DNA of 64,000 nt. It comes from Candidatus Bipolaricaulota bacterium. Lineage in GTDB: Bacteria > Bipolaricaulota > Bipolaricaulia > UBA7950 > UBA9294. The stretch covers positions 7,777-71,776 of the forward strand of contig JAUWGE010000005.1 of NCBI GenBank assembly GCA_030606565.1, written 5' to 3'. How positions within the stretch are numbered: the first letter of the stretch is position 1; each line of letters starts with the position of its first letter. Below, in pieces: positions 49,244 to 59,968 of this stretch. Below the pieces are notes generated by a model, which was not told the DNA's origin, did not search any database, and worked only from the letters and a program-made list of their open reading frames with translations. A program made the position numbers and the translations under genes.

Positions 49244-50158
49244 TCAAACAGGAAGCACCCAGATGAGAAATCGATTGGCCAAGTAGACCGCCGCGACCAG
49301 GAGTGGGTAGAGGATGAGAAGCGATAATACCACCGGGTAGACCTGGAACATACCACCCTTGTTCTTCCCAGGCCAGGAGAAGCCCTCAGCGAACAGGTAG
49401 TCAATCGGCGGGCGCGGGTACGGCCACTTGTCTCTTCCCTCCGTGATCATGTAGATCAACGCCCGGAACGGTGAGCGGGCGAGTGCCGCCCGACGCAGCT
49501 GGAGAAAGAGACCAACAAGCAGGAGAGTATAAGCAAGGAGGGGGATAGTGCCCCCAGTGCTTGCGATCAGGTTGAATGAGCCATGCAAGGCTACTGCAAA
49601 GAGGAACCCCAAAAAAAGCCAGAGGAGCCGCGCACGCCACATTCGAAGAAAGCGCGCGTGACCGACGAGGTATCCAGCAAGCCCGTTGAACAAAATGTGG
49701 CCGGGGAAGGTGCGGGCAAGAACAATAACCCGGAACACCTCATGAAACCGTCCGATGTCACCGGCTGTCCACACCTCGTAGGAACCGCTAAAAATGTACC
49801 AGAAGTCTTCATAGATCCCAAAACCCACCCCCAAGATCCCGAAGTAAATAGCAAAGTCGATCGGCTCAGCGAGGTCGGGGAAACCAAGCTGCCAGACCGT
49901 GCATGCCATCACCAAGAACTTGATCCCCTCCTCGATTAGCCCCGCGGTCACATAGGCGGAAAAAGGGGTCGTGACATTTCCCAGTGGGAGAAGATAGCGG
50001 ATCAGAACGACCGGAATCACCGCCGCCATTCCCAGAACGAAGATCAGCGTCACCGTTGTTGTGGGCAGCCGCCGTAGCGGGTTACTTCGGTAGAGAAGGA
50101 AGATATATAAGAGGGAAAGCCCCGAGGAGAGGTAGATCGACCGCAGAAATAGGCTCAT
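49244..50158 (-). CDS. PrsW-family intramembrane protease-like membrane protein
   Basis: Multi-TM protein with the EExxK, FxxxE and HxxxN motifs (GLIEEGIKF, GFGIYEDFWY, HILFNGLAGY). Confidence 0.65.
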   Translation of the reverse strand: MSLFLRSIYLSSGLSLLYIFLLYRSNPLRRLPTTTVTLIFVLGMAAVIPVVLIRYLLPLGNVTTPFSAYVTAGLIEEGIKFLVMACTVWQLGFPDLAEPIDFAIYFGILGVGFGIYEDFWYIFSGSYEVWTAGDIGRFHEVFRVIVLARTFPGHILFNGLAGYLVGHARFLRMWRARLLWLFLGFLFAVALHGSFNLIASTGGTIPLLAYTLLLVGLFLQLRRAALARSPFRALIYMITEGRDKWPYPRPPIDYLFAEGFSWPGKNKGGMFQVYPVVLSLLILYPLLVAAVYLANRFLIWVLPV

Positions 50159-50207
50159 CGTACAGCGATGTTATAGGGGACGCCAGCATGAATCAATCGG
50201 GTTGCGC

Positions 50208-51080
50208 TTACATAAAACGCGGGAAAAGCACGTAGGAATAATAGAAGAAAAAAACGGGCAAGGCAAACAGGAGCCCATCAATTCGGTCTAGAGCCCCACC
50301 GTGGCCAGGGAGAAACGTCCCTGAGTCCTTGACCCCGGCGGCTCGCTTCAGCTTTGACTCGAAGACGTCGCCCAATTGGACTGCCAACCCAACGAGGAAT
50401 GAGGAGGCAAGGATGTGCGGAAAGCCCTCCCAAAAGGCAAACTCCCGCCACGCCGGGGATAAGGAGGCCCCCAATAAAGCCCCAAGGATGGTCAACAGAA
50501 ACCCACCAATGATCCCTTCCCAGGTCTTGTTGGGGCTAATGCGCCGAAAGGCCTGGTGGCGCCCGAACACGCTCCCGAAGAGATAGGCACCGCTGTCGTA
50601 GCCCCACACCATGAGGAGGACGACCAATGCGTGTGTCGCTCCCACGCGTGGCTGGTCCGGCGGGCTGTTGATGTAAATAAGGTAGAAAAAGCGGAGGAGC
50701 CATGGAATATACAGAAGACCGAACACTCCAGCCACCGCCTGCAGGAACCCCGTCCGATGTGGCATGCTGCGCAGGTAACGTAGTACCTGATAGGCCATCG
50801 CCAGAAGGAGGGCCGTATCCCCGAAGTGACTATCAACCATGTAGCTATCGATGATATAGCTAAAGACAAGCACAGGGATCCAGATGAGAAACTCCGGCGC
50901 GGCCAGCGGCACTTCCAGCCGCCGCATCAGTTGCAGGTATTCCACTGCGGCGGGGTAGGCCACGACGAGAATGAGGATCCCCACAATCCACTGCACCCCG
51001 TACCGGGTCCCTACGTAGAGGATCCCGAAGACGATCCCCCCGGCGATGAGCGCACTTGCCACTCGCTTGATTACGTTCAT
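50208..51080 (-). CDS. cdsA: Phosphatidate cytidylyltransferase. The real start is about 51080; the ORF-track extension to 51344 overlaps uppS.
   Basis: C-terminal CDS signature GVKDSGTFLPGHGGALDRIDGLLFALP. RBS GGGAGGGATAAGG before MNVIKR. Confidence 0.85.
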   Translation of the reverse strand: MNVIKRVASALIAGGIVFGILYVGTRYGVQWIVGILILVVAYPAAVEYLQLMRRLEVPLAAPEFLIWIPVLVFSYIIDSYMVDSHFGDTALLLAMAYQVLRYLRSMPHRTGFLQAVAGVFGLLYIPWLLRFFYLIYINSPPDQPRVGATHALVVLLMVWGYDSGAYLFGSVFGRHQAFRRISPNKTWEGIIGGFLLTILGALLGASLSPAWREFAFWEGFPHILASSFLVGLAVQLGDVFESKLKRAAGVKDSGTFLPGHGGALDRIDGLLFALPVFFFYYSYVLFPRFM

Positions 51081-51093
51081 CCTTATCCCTCCC

Positions 51094-51822
51094 TCACCCG
51101 CCGAAGCGGCGTTCTCGTTTCTGGTATGAGGCGATGGTCTTAAGCAACTCGGCCGGGGTGAAGTCCGGCCAAAGGGTGCCAGTGAAATAGAGCTCGGCGT
51201 AGGCTGCCTGCCAGAGAAGGAAGTTGGAGAGGCGCATCTCCCCGCTTGTTCGAATGATAATGTCAGGATCGGGAATCCCATCGGTATAGAGGAAGCAAGC
51301 GAAGGAATCTTCATCGAGCTTGCCCAAGTCGAGCTTCCCTGCAACCGCAGCAGAGGCGACCCTCTGACAGGCGCGGACGATCTCCTGTCGGGCGCCGTAG
51401 TTCAGGGCTACGTTCAGAAGTAGTCGGTCGTTCTCCGCCGTTTGTCCGATCGCGTTTCTGACAGTCTCTCGTATCTGGGATGGAAGCCCTCCTAGGTCGC
51501 CGGAGACGATGAGCCGGACTCCCTCTTTGATGAACTCCTTCAACTTTTCGGTGATGAATTGGTCAAGGAGGTGCATCAGGAAGTCAACCTCCTCGGCTGG
51601 GCGGTTCCAGTTCTCGGTGGAGAAGGCAAACAGGGTTAGGTTTTTGAGGCCAAGCTTTCCTCCAGCGAAGCGGATAAGTCGCTCCGCCGCCTGGGCCCCG
51701 GCCTGGTGACCGGCAACGCGTGGAAGGCCTCGCGCCTTAGCCCAGCGGCCGTTCCCATCCATGATCAACGCCACGTGGCGTGGTAGTCCGTCAGCTTTAA
51801 CCTGCTCGATCAGGGTCGACAC
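51094..51822 (-). CDS. uppS: Isoprenyl transferase (undecaprenyl diphosphate synthase)
   Basis: HVALIMDGNGRWAKARGLPRVAGHQAG and a later RTSGEMRLSNFLLWQ motif. Confidence 0.9.
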   Translation of the reverse strand: MSTLIEQVKADGLPRHVALIMDGNGRWAKARGLPRVAGHQAGAQAAERLIRFAGGKLGLKNLTLFAFSTENWNRPAEEVDFLMHLLDQFITEKLKEFIKEGVRLIVSGDLGGLPSQIRETVRNAIGQTAENDRLLLNVALNYGARQEIVRACQRVASAAVAGKLDLGKLDEDSFACFLYTDGIPDPDIIIRTSGEMRLSNFLLWQAAYAELYFTGTLWPDFTPAELLKTIASYQKRERRFGG

Positions 51823-53099
51823 GGGACCTCCATCAAGATCGGCCTGGCTTCGCGTAGCACGGTGAGCGAACCGGTGATGAAGAGTACATCTTGAGCTTCA
51901 AGACAAGTACGCGCACTGATCAACCCCTCTTCCACAGAGGACGCTTGCTTAAACGCGACTCCCAAGGATGAAGCAATCTTAGCCAAAAGATCAAGCGGGA
52001 GGGCGCGTGGGCTTTGCGAACATGTGAGGGTTACCTTAGCAAACAGAGGAAAGAGGACGTGACAAATCGCCTCGCACTCCTTATCGGAAAGGAGCCCGAA
52101 CAGGAGATGACGATGTAGACGCTTCGGAACGTAGCGCTTAACATCTTTGGCCAAGGCCAGTGCGGCTGGAAGGTTGTGTGCGCCGTCGAGGATGATCGTT
52201 GGATTAAGCTTCATTACTTCGAACCGACCGGGCCAGGAAACATCGGCCAAGCCAGCGGTAACGGCATCATTGGGCAAGCTAAAGCCGGCTTTACGCAACA
52301 GTTCCACCGCTCGTAAAGTGAGCCTCAGATTCTCGGCCTGATAGCCCCCGAGAAGGGCGAGGTCGATCGTTTCGGGAAGATCGCTTGCGTCGATTCGGTA
52401 GGTTGCCCGTTTCCAGTCATAGGCGATTCTTTCCACTGCCACCGAATCACAGCGAGCAAGAGGCGCTCGCGCCTTTTCACATTCCTTGATGATGATCTCC
52501 TCCACCTCAGGTGGAAGTTCCCCCGCGAGGAAGGGGACGCTAGCCTTGGCGATCCCAGCCTTCTCCCAAGCGATCCGTTTAAGCATCTCCCCCAGGAGGG
52601 CGAGGTGATCGCGGCCGACGTTAGTCAAAATCGTTAAGAGGGGATCCAAAACGTTCGTGGCATCAAACCGCCCCCCAAGCCCCACCTCAACCACAGCGAG
52701 CTTAACACGACTTGCGGCAAAGTGGGCAAAGGCGATTGCTGTCAGTACTTCAAAGAGGGTCGGCCGATCCTCTGCGCTTTTTAAGACTGGAAGGATCTGC
52801 TCTACTCTCCCCGCAACATCTTCCTCGCTGATCCAGCGATTATTAACGCTGATCCGATCGCGAAAGTCTATCAGGTCAGGAGAAGTGAAGCGCCCCACGC
52901 GGTAGCCAGCCTGCAAAAGGATACTAGAGAGCATTGCTGCAACCGAACCTTTCCCATTTGTCCCAGCAATATGAATTGCGCGAAAGGCACGTTCCGGGTG
53001 GTCCAGCACATCGAGAAGACGACTAATACGCGCAAGACCCGGCTTCACTTCAAGAGAGGGAAGACCATCTAAGACACAGCGGGCCTCGGTATATTTCAT
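51810..53099 (-). CDS. folC: Bifunctional folylpolyglutamate synthase / dihydrofolate synthase
   Basis: IHIAGTNGKGSVAAMLSSIL P-loop. Mur-ligase-like domains. 429 aa. Confidence 0.85.
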   Translation of the reverse strand: MKYTEARCVLDGLPSLEVKPGLARISRLLDVLDHPERAFRAIHIAGTNGKGSVAAMLSSILLQAGYRVGRFTSPDLIDFRDRISVNNRWISEEDVAGRVEQILPVLKSAEDRPTLFEVLTAIAFAHFAASRVKLAVVEVGLGGRFDATNVLDPLLTILTNVGRDHLALLGEMLKRIAWEKAGIAKASVPFLAGELPPEVEEIIIKECEKARAPLARCDSVAVERIAYDWKRATYRIDASDLPETIDLALLGGYQAENLRLTLRAVELLRKAGFSLPNDAVTAGLADVSWPGRFEVMKLNPTIILDGAHNLPAALALAKDVKRYVPKRLHRHLLFGLLSDKECEAICHVLFPLFAKVTLTCSQSPRALPLDLLAKIASSLGVAFKQASSVEEGLISARTCLEAQDVLFITGSLTVLREARPILMEVPCRP

Positions 53100-55718
53100 C
53101 TACTCCTCCAGCGCGGTAAGGTTCGCTTGCAGTCGCTCCTGCTTAGCGAGGAGCTCCTCCTGCTTCTTGTGCTCCTTTTTTACGACCTCACGCGGTGCCT
53201 GTTCGAGAAACGAGGGGTTCGTGAGGTTTCTTATGGCCTTCGCTAATTCGGTTTTTACCTGATTTAACTCCTTACGCAGACGGGAGCACTCTGCGTTAAT
53301 GTCGATCAGTTCGGTGAGGGGGACGAATAGCTCTGCATCAGTGAGAACCTGCCGGGCCGAACCTGGAGGGGCACTAATGTCCTCCTTGATTTGCCACTCA
53401 TCCGCTCCGACGAGGGCGTTAAGCGCCTGGGATTTGCACTTTAAAAGTGCCGATAGCTTAGGGTCGAAAGTCCGTACTAGGACCTTAAGGCGTGCGTTTT
53501 GGGGAACATTTAACTCGGCACGGATCGTCCGGACCGCGTTGACCACCTCCTGAAAGGCCGCCATCTTTGCTTCAGCCTGTGAATCACTCGCCGCCGGCTG
53601 CGGAAAGGCGGCGATGGAAAGGGATACCGGTTCCTCACCAAGAATCTGCCAGATCTCCTCGCTGATGAAGGGAACGAATGGGTGCAAGAGCTTTAAGATC
53701 TCCTTTAAAACGTGGTAGAGGATCCCCTTCACCTCTTGATCTTGCTCAGAGGCAAGCCTCACCTTGGCGAGCTCGAGGTACCAGTCGCAGAAGTCATGCC
53801 AGATGAAGGCATACAAGGACTCGCTAGCAAGGTTGAAGTTATAGACATCGAGGTTCGCGCGAATCGTTAAGATCGTCCTTGACAGTCGCGATAGGATGAA
53901 CCGGTCCTCCAACTCGGAGATCTCGGCGGGAAGCCTTGGCCGCTCATCCCCCAGATTTAGAAGGACAAAGCGGGCCATGTTCCAGATCTTGTTCAAGAAG
54001 TTCCGGCTTGACTCGATGTCGCGCATCGCCACCCGCATCCCGCGTCCCTTGGAGGTGGACTGTGCCAAGGTGAAGCGTAATGCGTCCATTCCGTAACTAT
54101 CCTTCACCTCCAAAGGATCGATGATGTTCCCCCGCGAGGAACTCATCTTTATCCCGTGCTCATCCTCAATGAGTGGGGTGAAATAGACCTGCCGGAATGG
54201 GACCTTTCCCATAAAGTGGATCCCCATCATTATCATCCTCGCTACCCAGAAGAAGATGATATCAAATCCAGTGATCAGCAGTGAGGTTGGATAGAAGTAG
54301 TTAAGTTCCGCCGTCTCCTCGGGCCAGCCCATCACCGAGAATGGAAATAGGGCAGAACTGAACCATGTATCGAGAACGTCGGAGTCCTGATGGATCTCTG
54401 CACTCCTGCATGTCGGACATCTAGCCGGGTTCTCCCGGGAGACGATCGTCTCGCCGCAGGCCTGACAATACCAGACAGGAATCTGGTGGCCCCACCATAG
54501 CTGGCGGGAGATACACCAATCTTTGATATTCTCCATCCAGTCGAAGTACAGCCTCTTCCATCTTTTAGGGATGAACATGACCTCGTCTGAGCGAACAGCC
54601 TCTATCGCCGGGGTGGCAAGCTCCTTCATCCTCACAAACCACTGGTTGGAGATGAGAGGCTCCACTGGGGTATCACAGCGCTGGCAGTGCCCAATCGAGT
54701 GTGGGTACGGCTCTACCTTCACTAGAACTAAAGCGGTCTTTAGATCCTCGATCACACGGGTGCGTGCCTCCTCTACAGTAAGACCGGCATAGGCATCGGC
54801 GTTCTCGTTCAGCGTTCCGTCCCCGTTTAGGATATTGATCGCTTGCAGGTTGTGCTGGCGGCCGATCTCGAAGTCAACCGGGTCATGCGCTGGGGTCACC
54901 TTAAGGATGCCTGTCCCAAATTCCGGGTCGATCGCCTCTGAAGGAACGATCGGAAGCTCGCGTCCAAGAAGGGGCAGAATCGCAGTTTTTCCGATTAGGT
55001 GGGCGTGGGCTGGATCGTTTGGGTGCACTGCCACCGCGGTGTCGCCGAGCATTGTCTCTGGTCGGGTGGTGGCAATCTCGATTACTTCCTCAGAATCCTT
55101 TAGGGCGTAGCGGATAGTGTAGAGATCGCCCGGTTCTTCGTAGTGAATCACCTCGATGTCGGAAAGGGCGGTTTGGCAACGTGGGCACCAGTTGATCATG
55201 CGCTCGCCACGGTAGATTTTCCCTTCCTCGTAGAGGCGAACGAAGACTTCGCGTACAGCACGGGAAAGGCCTTCGTCGAGGGTGAACCTCTCCCGCTCCC
55301 AATCGGGAGAGGTTCCGAGCGCCTTCAACTGCCTGCGAATATGGCCACCATAGCGCTCTTTCCAGTCCCAGACACGCTCCACAAACTTCTCGCGCCCAAG
55401 GTCGTGTCGGGTGAGTCCCTCCTTGGCCAGTTCCTTTTCCACAACGTTCTGGGTAGCGATCCCTGCATGATCCATGCCAGGAAACCAACAAGTGACGTAA
55501 CCATCCATCCGCTTATAGCGAATTACGATGTCGTGTAGGGTATATTGAAGAGCATTTCCAATATGCATCGCCGAGGTGATATTCGGCGGCGGGATAACCA
55601 TGGAGAACCGCTTATCTTTGCTTGGGTCAACCTCGACGTGAAAGAAACCGCGCTCCTCCCAGAAGCGATGGATCCTTTCCTCTACCTGAGGTGGCTGATA
55701 GCGCTTGGAAAGCTGCAT
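53100..55718 (-). CDS. valS: Valine--tRNA ligase. The real start is near 55718 (MQLSKRY...); the ORF-track extension to 55901 is upstream read-through.
   Basis: PPPNITSAMHIGNAL (HIGH region), KMSSS-type motif (KMSSSRGN), and C-terminal coiled coil. Confidence 0.9.
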   Translation of the reverse strand: MQLSKRYQPPQVEERIHRFWEERGFFHVEVDPSKDKRFSMVIPPPNITSAMHIGNALQYTLHDIVIRYKRMDGYVTCWFPGMDHAGIATQNVVEKELAKEGLTRHDLGREKFVERVWDWKERYGGHIRRQLKALGTSPDWERERFTLDEGLSRAVREVFVRLYEEGKIYRGERMINWCPRCQTALSDIEVIHYEEPGDLYTIRYALKDSEEVIEIATTRPETMLGDTAVAVHPNDPAHAHLIGKTAILPLLGRELPIVPSEAIDPEFGTGILKVTPAHDPVDFEIGRQHNLQAINILNGDGTLNENADAYAGLTVEEARTRVIEDLKTALVLVKVEPYPHSIGHCQRCDTPVEPLISNQWFVRMKELATPAIEAVRSDEVMFIPKRWKRLYFDWMENIKDWCISRQLWWGHQIPVWYCQACGETIVSRENPARCPTCRSAEIHQDSDVLDTWFSSALFPFSVMGWPEETAELNYFYPTSLLITGFDIIFFWVARMIMMGIHFMGKVPFRQVYFTPLIEDEHGIKMSSSRGNIIDPLEVKDSYGMDALRFTLAQSTSKGRGMRVAMRDIESSRNFLNKIWNMARFVLLNLGDERPRLPAEISELEDRFILSRLSRTILTIRANLDVYNFNLASESLYAFIWHDFCDWYLELAKVRLASEQDQEVKGILYHVLKEILKLLHPFVPFISEEIWQILGEEPVSLSIAAFPQPAASDSQAEAKMAAFQEVVNAVRTIRAELNVPQNARLKVLVRTFDPKLSALLKCKSQALNALVGADEWQIKEDISAPPGSARQVLTDAELFVPLTELIDINAECSRLRKELNQVKTELAKAIRNLTNPSFLEQAPREVVKKEHKKQEELLAKQERLQANLTALEE

Positions 55719-55794
55719 CGAACTCCTCCTCGAGCTGTTCGCACACATATTAGCAAAATCGACCGAAGAACCACAATTTATGCCTTGTACAGGC

Positions 55795-56244
55795 TCACAT
55801 CCAGGCCTTGAGGGTGAGCGAGTACTCGTGCAGTTCCTCTGGGGAGAAGAAGAGCAAAAGCTCATGCTGCGCCGAGGAGAGACAGTCCGACCCGTGCACA
55901 AGGTTCTTAGTAAGGTTGAGGCCGAAGTCGCCGCGGATCGTTCCCGACGCCGCCTTCTGCGGGTCGGTCTCCCCCATCAGTCCGCGCACTACCTCGATCG
56001 CATTCTCGCCTTCAATCGCCATGGCGACGATTGGCGAAGAGGTAATGAACGCGACAAGTTCAGGAAAGAATGGCTTTTGTACGTGTTCCTGATAGTGACG
56101 GCGGGCGAGTTCTTCGTCGAGCGAAAGCATCTTCATCCCAACGACCTTCAACCCCTTCTCCTCGAAGCGGGAGATGATCCGCCCCACAAGCCCCCGCTGC
56201 ACGGCATCGGGCTTACAGAGGACCAATGTGCGCTGCACACTCAT
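55795..56244 (-). CDS. ndk: Nucleoside diphosphate kinase
   Basis: MSVQRTLVLCKPDAVQRGLVGRIISRFEEKGLKVVGMKM...NLVHGSD is canonical NDK. Confidence 0.9.
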   Translation of the reverse strand: MSVQRTLVLCKPDAVQRGLVGRIISRFEEKGLKVVGMKMLSLDEELARRHYQEHVQKPFFPELVAFITSSPIVAMAIEGENAIEVVRGLMGETDPQKAASGTIRGDFGLNLTKNLVHGSDCLSSAQHELLLFFSPEELHEYSLTLKAWM

Positions 56245-56256
56245 CGATGATACCTC

Positions 56257-57357
56257 CTACGGAGTTCGGATGTAGCGGCGCCCCTCCACCTGCTGGATCA
56301 GGTTCTCCATCTGGAGCAAAAGCAAGGTATGCGCAGCTTCAGTTGGGGTAAGATCCCCATGAGCAATGATATCATCAATGTGAATCGGTTCAAGACCGAT
56401 CAGATCATATACGCGTCGCTGTGATTCCGAGAGGGCGGCAATCGTCGCTTTCGTTTTCGCTGGAGTTACCTTCCCCAATTTGGAAAGATCGGGAAACTCG
56501 CAGAGCACGTCCTCAACTGTCTCTACAAGCTTTGCCCCATCCTTGATCAGGCGGTTTGTCCCGACGCTCGCCGTACTGGTGACATTTCCCGGAACGGCGA
56601 ACACCTCACGCCCCTGTTCCAAGGCCAGCCGGGCGGTGATCAAGGCGCCGCTTCGTTGCGGGGCTTCCACAACAATCACCCCACGTGAGAGGCCGGAGAG
56701 AACGCGGTTGCGCTGGGGAAAGCTCCACTTCGTCGGTCTAGTGTCAAGAGGGTACTCACTTACAAGTGTCCCAGTATCACTGATTCTTTCGCCCAATCCC
56801 CTGTTGCTAGCCGGATAGGGGTGGAGGAACCCCGAACCGAGGACTGCTACGGTCTGTGCGCCCGCTTTTAAGGCGCCGCGATGGGCGGCACTGTCAATCC
56901 CAAGCGCTAATCCGCTCACCACGACCAGACCAAGATCACCCAGATCCGAAGCGAGCCGCTCGGCCACTGCCCTACCGTACCGGCTGCTGCGACGCGTCCC
57001 CACAATCGCGATTGTCCGCATTGTGTCGACTGTCTGATTCCCCTTTATATAAAGGATGGCCGGTGGGACTTCAATCTGGCGCAAAAGTGAGGGGTAGTCG
57101 GGGTCGAGGATGGTAAGGATTTGGATCCCCAACTCCTTGGATCGCGCAAGCTCGTGGTCGATCGCCTCTTCACTGCGGGAGGTAGCGATCTTAGGCGCCG
57201 CCTTGGAGAAGCCGGGAAGCGCAGCGAGTTCTTTTTGCGGTGCCTCCCAAATCGCCTGTGGAGAGGTGAAACGATCGAGGAGGATTGCCATTCGCCGCGG
57301 GGTGAGTTCGCGGATCAGGTTAAGTCCGATCAAATAATGGTTCGCTGGCCTTTTCAT
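56257..57357 (-). CDS. dprA: DNA-processing protein DprA (Smf)
   Basis: Rossmann-like core IAIVGTRRSSRYGRAVAERLASDLGDLGLVVVSGLALGIDSAAHRGAL...AVPG. Confidence 0.85.
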   Translation of the reverse strand: MKRPANHYLIGLNLIRELTPRRMAILLDRFTSPQAIWEAPQKELAALPGFSKAAPKIATSRSEEAIDHELARSKELGIQILTILDPDYPSLLRQIEVPPAILYIKGNQTVDTMRTIAIVGTRRSSRYGRAVAERLASDLGDLGLVVVSGLALGIDSAAHRGALKAGAQTVAVLGSGFLHPYPASNRGLGERISDTGTLVSEYPLDTRPTKWSFPQRNRVLSGLSRGVIVVEAPQRSGALITARLALEQGREVFAVPGNVTSTASVGTNRLIKDGAKLVETVEDVLCEFPDLSKLGKVTPAKTKATIAALSESQRRVYDLIGLEPIHIDDIIAHGDLTPTEAAHTLLLLQMENLIQQVEGRRYIRTP

Positions 57358-57467
57358 TAAAGAAAGATATTAGACCTAAAGTATTCTCTCTGACAAGGGT
57401 TGTCTCTTCTGGGGGTTTTTCTCGCGGTCGTTGAGTGTCTTTCGTTGTTTGGCTATGATCCTTCCCG

Positions 57468-57872
57468 GTGACAAGGATGCCGATTATCTTATTCATTATC
57501 GCGTGCGTAGAGGTCGCCTCGCTGATTAAGCTCGGTCAGGCCATCGGCGGTGGACCGGTACTGGGAGTGATTATACTCACCGCCGTTTTTGGGTTGACTC
57601 TTCTTCGCCTGGGTGGCCGATCCGCCTTAACAAAACTTACGGCGAGCGTCTTTGCGGGGAGACTCTCCGCAACGGACCTCCTCCGCCGTGAACTGTCCCT
57701 CTTACTGGCGGGTATCCTCCTCATCGTTCCAGGACTGCTCACCGATGCTGCTGGGATCGTGTTCCTTGGACGATACTTTTTCTCTCGATTCCCTTCTCAC
57801 CGGCCCAAAAGTGAGGAGGGTGATGTGATCGACGTCGAGTACCAAGTCCACGACAAGGCGCCGCGGGAGTAA
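57468..57872 (+). CDS. fxsA: FxsA family cytoplasmic membrane protein
   Basis: N-terminal TM helices and the VPGLLTDAAGIVF motif typical of FxsA. Confidence 0.7.
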   Translation: MTRMPIILFIIACVEVASLIKLGQAIGGGPVLGVIILTAVFGLTLLRLGGRSALTKLTASVFAGRLSATDLLRRELSLLLAGILLIVPGLLTDAAGIVFLGRYFFSRFPSHRPKSEEGDVIDVEYQVHDKAPRE

Positions 57873-59347
57873 AGAGCAAGCAAGAACAAGTGTAAAACGA
57901 GCCCTCCGATCCAGATTCCCATCCAGGAGGAGACCTGAAATTCGGCAAACGGGAGTCCTCCCAGCCGCTCAACAACCCAGATTAGGGACTTTAGCATCCA
58001 ACCAAACAGAATTCCCACCGGGGTAAAGAGCGGTGCCCAAGAGCACAAAAGGGCAAAAAGACCGCTCCAAAGTGCGACAGTAGCCAGTGGAATAACAAGC
58101 AGGTTGGCAACGAGGACGAGCGGGTGGATCGTCCCGAAGTGATATGCGATAAACGGCGCAGTCCCTGCTTGCGCCGCCGCTGATACAACCAGTAGACCAA
58201 GCGGGTAGCGCACGCACCACGCGGGAAGTGGAGCTCTCTTTACCAGTTCATTGATCCAATTCCCCACGCCAAAGAAGGGATCGAATGAAGCGATGATCGC
58301 CGCAGTGGCACCAAAGCTTAACTGAAAACCGACATCAAACAACGCAGAGGGCCGAATGGCGAGGATGACAAGCGCGGCCGCGGCCAAGCCCTGATAAGAG
58401 CGCACCCAGCGACGGAGGATGATCCCCAGGTCAGCAAGGACGCTCCCCAAGCCGAGAAACGCAAACAGAAGGGCAGCGCGCACCAGGCTCACCCGCGGGC
58501 CTACAAGCCATAAGACAAGTAAGACGGCCAGCCCAACAAGCGGGTAAGTGATCACTGGCCGCAGACCGGCAAAGCGCAGGGCGAACCAAAGTACAGCGAG
58601 GAAGATCCCCAGATGAAGCCCGGAGACAGCGAGCAGGTGCATCAGGCCGGTGCGGCGGAAGGCCTCCTCTACTTCATCAGAGAGCGAGGCACGCTCTCCA
58701 AACAGGAGGCCGTGGGCCAAGCCGGCCTCAACAGAGGGAAGGATCTGATCCAGTCGCTCAAGGAGCTTCTGGCGAAGATTATCCCCAAAGCGCAGAATAC
58801 GGCTCCCAGCGGTGCCGATCTCCTCTATCTGGTCTTTACCACCAACCGCCATTGTGGCAAAGACCCCTTGGCGAGCGAGGTAGGCGCGGTAATCGAAGTC
58901 GTCAAAACGCTCCGGCGCCTCCACCGAGCCGACCAAGTGAAGCCGATCTCCATAGAGAATCCTTTCTTGATTCTCCTCGTTCCAAAAGCAGGTGACGCGG
59001 ATCTTCGCTGGGAGGTGATCCGGCGCGAGGATAAAGGCGGTATATCCATCGCCAAGATCGGGATAAGAGACGACCGTTCCCGTGACCTCTCGCAGATAGA
59101 TCGCTCGCCCGTAGAGCCCTTCCATCGGGAGCTTGAAGGTCTGAGTACGAAGCCCTCCCAAAAGAGCGATGACAACAAGAAGACCAACGAGGAAGGCGCG
59201 ACGCACACGCGCTAGAAGGACGCATATAACTGCAATCCCCACCGCTGGCCAATAGAGGACCGAAGGGGCAAGATCAGGGGGGAGAAGCGAGCCAAAAACT
59301 GTTCCCGTTGCAAAAGCGAGCGTTATACCAACCAGAGAATACCTCAT
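57797..59347 (-). CDS. comEC: ComEC/Rec2-family competence membrane protein (DUF4131 plus competence domain; no C-terminal metallo-beta-lactamase domain)
   Basis: Polytopic membrane protein with ...LAVSGLHLGIFLAVLWFALRF... (ComEC core). 516 aa. Its 3' end overlaps the 3' end of fxsA by 76 nt, convergently. Confidence 0.7.
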   Translation of the reverse strand: MRYSLVGITLAFATGTVFGSLLPPDLAPSVLYWPAVGIAVICVLLARVRRAFLVGLLVVIALLGGLRTQTFKLPMEGLYGRAIYLREVTGTVVSYPDLGDGYTAFILAPDHLPAKIRVTCFWNEENQERILYGDRLHLVGSVEAPERFDDFDYRAYLARQGVFATMAVGGKDQIEEIGTAGSRILRFGDNLRQKLLERLDQILPSVEAGLAHGLLFGERASLSDEVEEAFRRTGLMHLLAVSGLHLGIFLAVLWFALRFAGLRPVITYPLVGLAVLLVLWLVGPRVSLVRAALLFAFLGLGSVLADLGIILRRWVRSYQGLAAAALVILAIRPSALFDVGFQLSFGATAAIIASFDPFFGVGNWINELVKRAPLPAWCVRYPLGLLVVSAAAQAGTAPFIAYHFGTIHPLVLVANLLVIPLATVALWSGLFALLCSWAPLFTPVGILFGWMLKSLIWVVERLGGLPFAEFQVSSWMGIWIGGLVLHLFLLALYSRGALSWTWYSTSITSPSSLLGR

Positions 59348-59380
59348 CTCCCCATAAAGGATAACTGAAGCAATGCCTGA

Positions 59381-59409
59381 ATTGCCAATTGCTCGAAAAG
59401 TTGGTATAA
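59381..59409 (+). promoter_or_regulatory. Sigma70-like promoter for ssrA (TTGCCA-N17-TATAAT)
   Basis: TTGCCA at 59381-59386, 17-nt spacer, TATAAT at 59404-59409. Mature tmRNA 5' end at 59429. Confidence 0.5.
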
Positions 59410-59428
59410 TGCGAGCGGATCATTGATA

Positions 59429-59781
<353 letters not shown>

Positions 59782-59968
59782 GATCCTCTAGAGTTTTTTC
59801 GCAAGATTCTTGTCGCGATGGTCCACTCAGAGCTAACAAGGTTAAATGGATCTCTCATCTCCAGTGGCTTATTCAAGCAATTTGGAGATCACTACTTTGG
59901 CCACACCATCCGTTGTGGGCGCTGAGTCTTGCACTTTGTGTCTGGTATAAAGTGACCGGATGTTAGAC

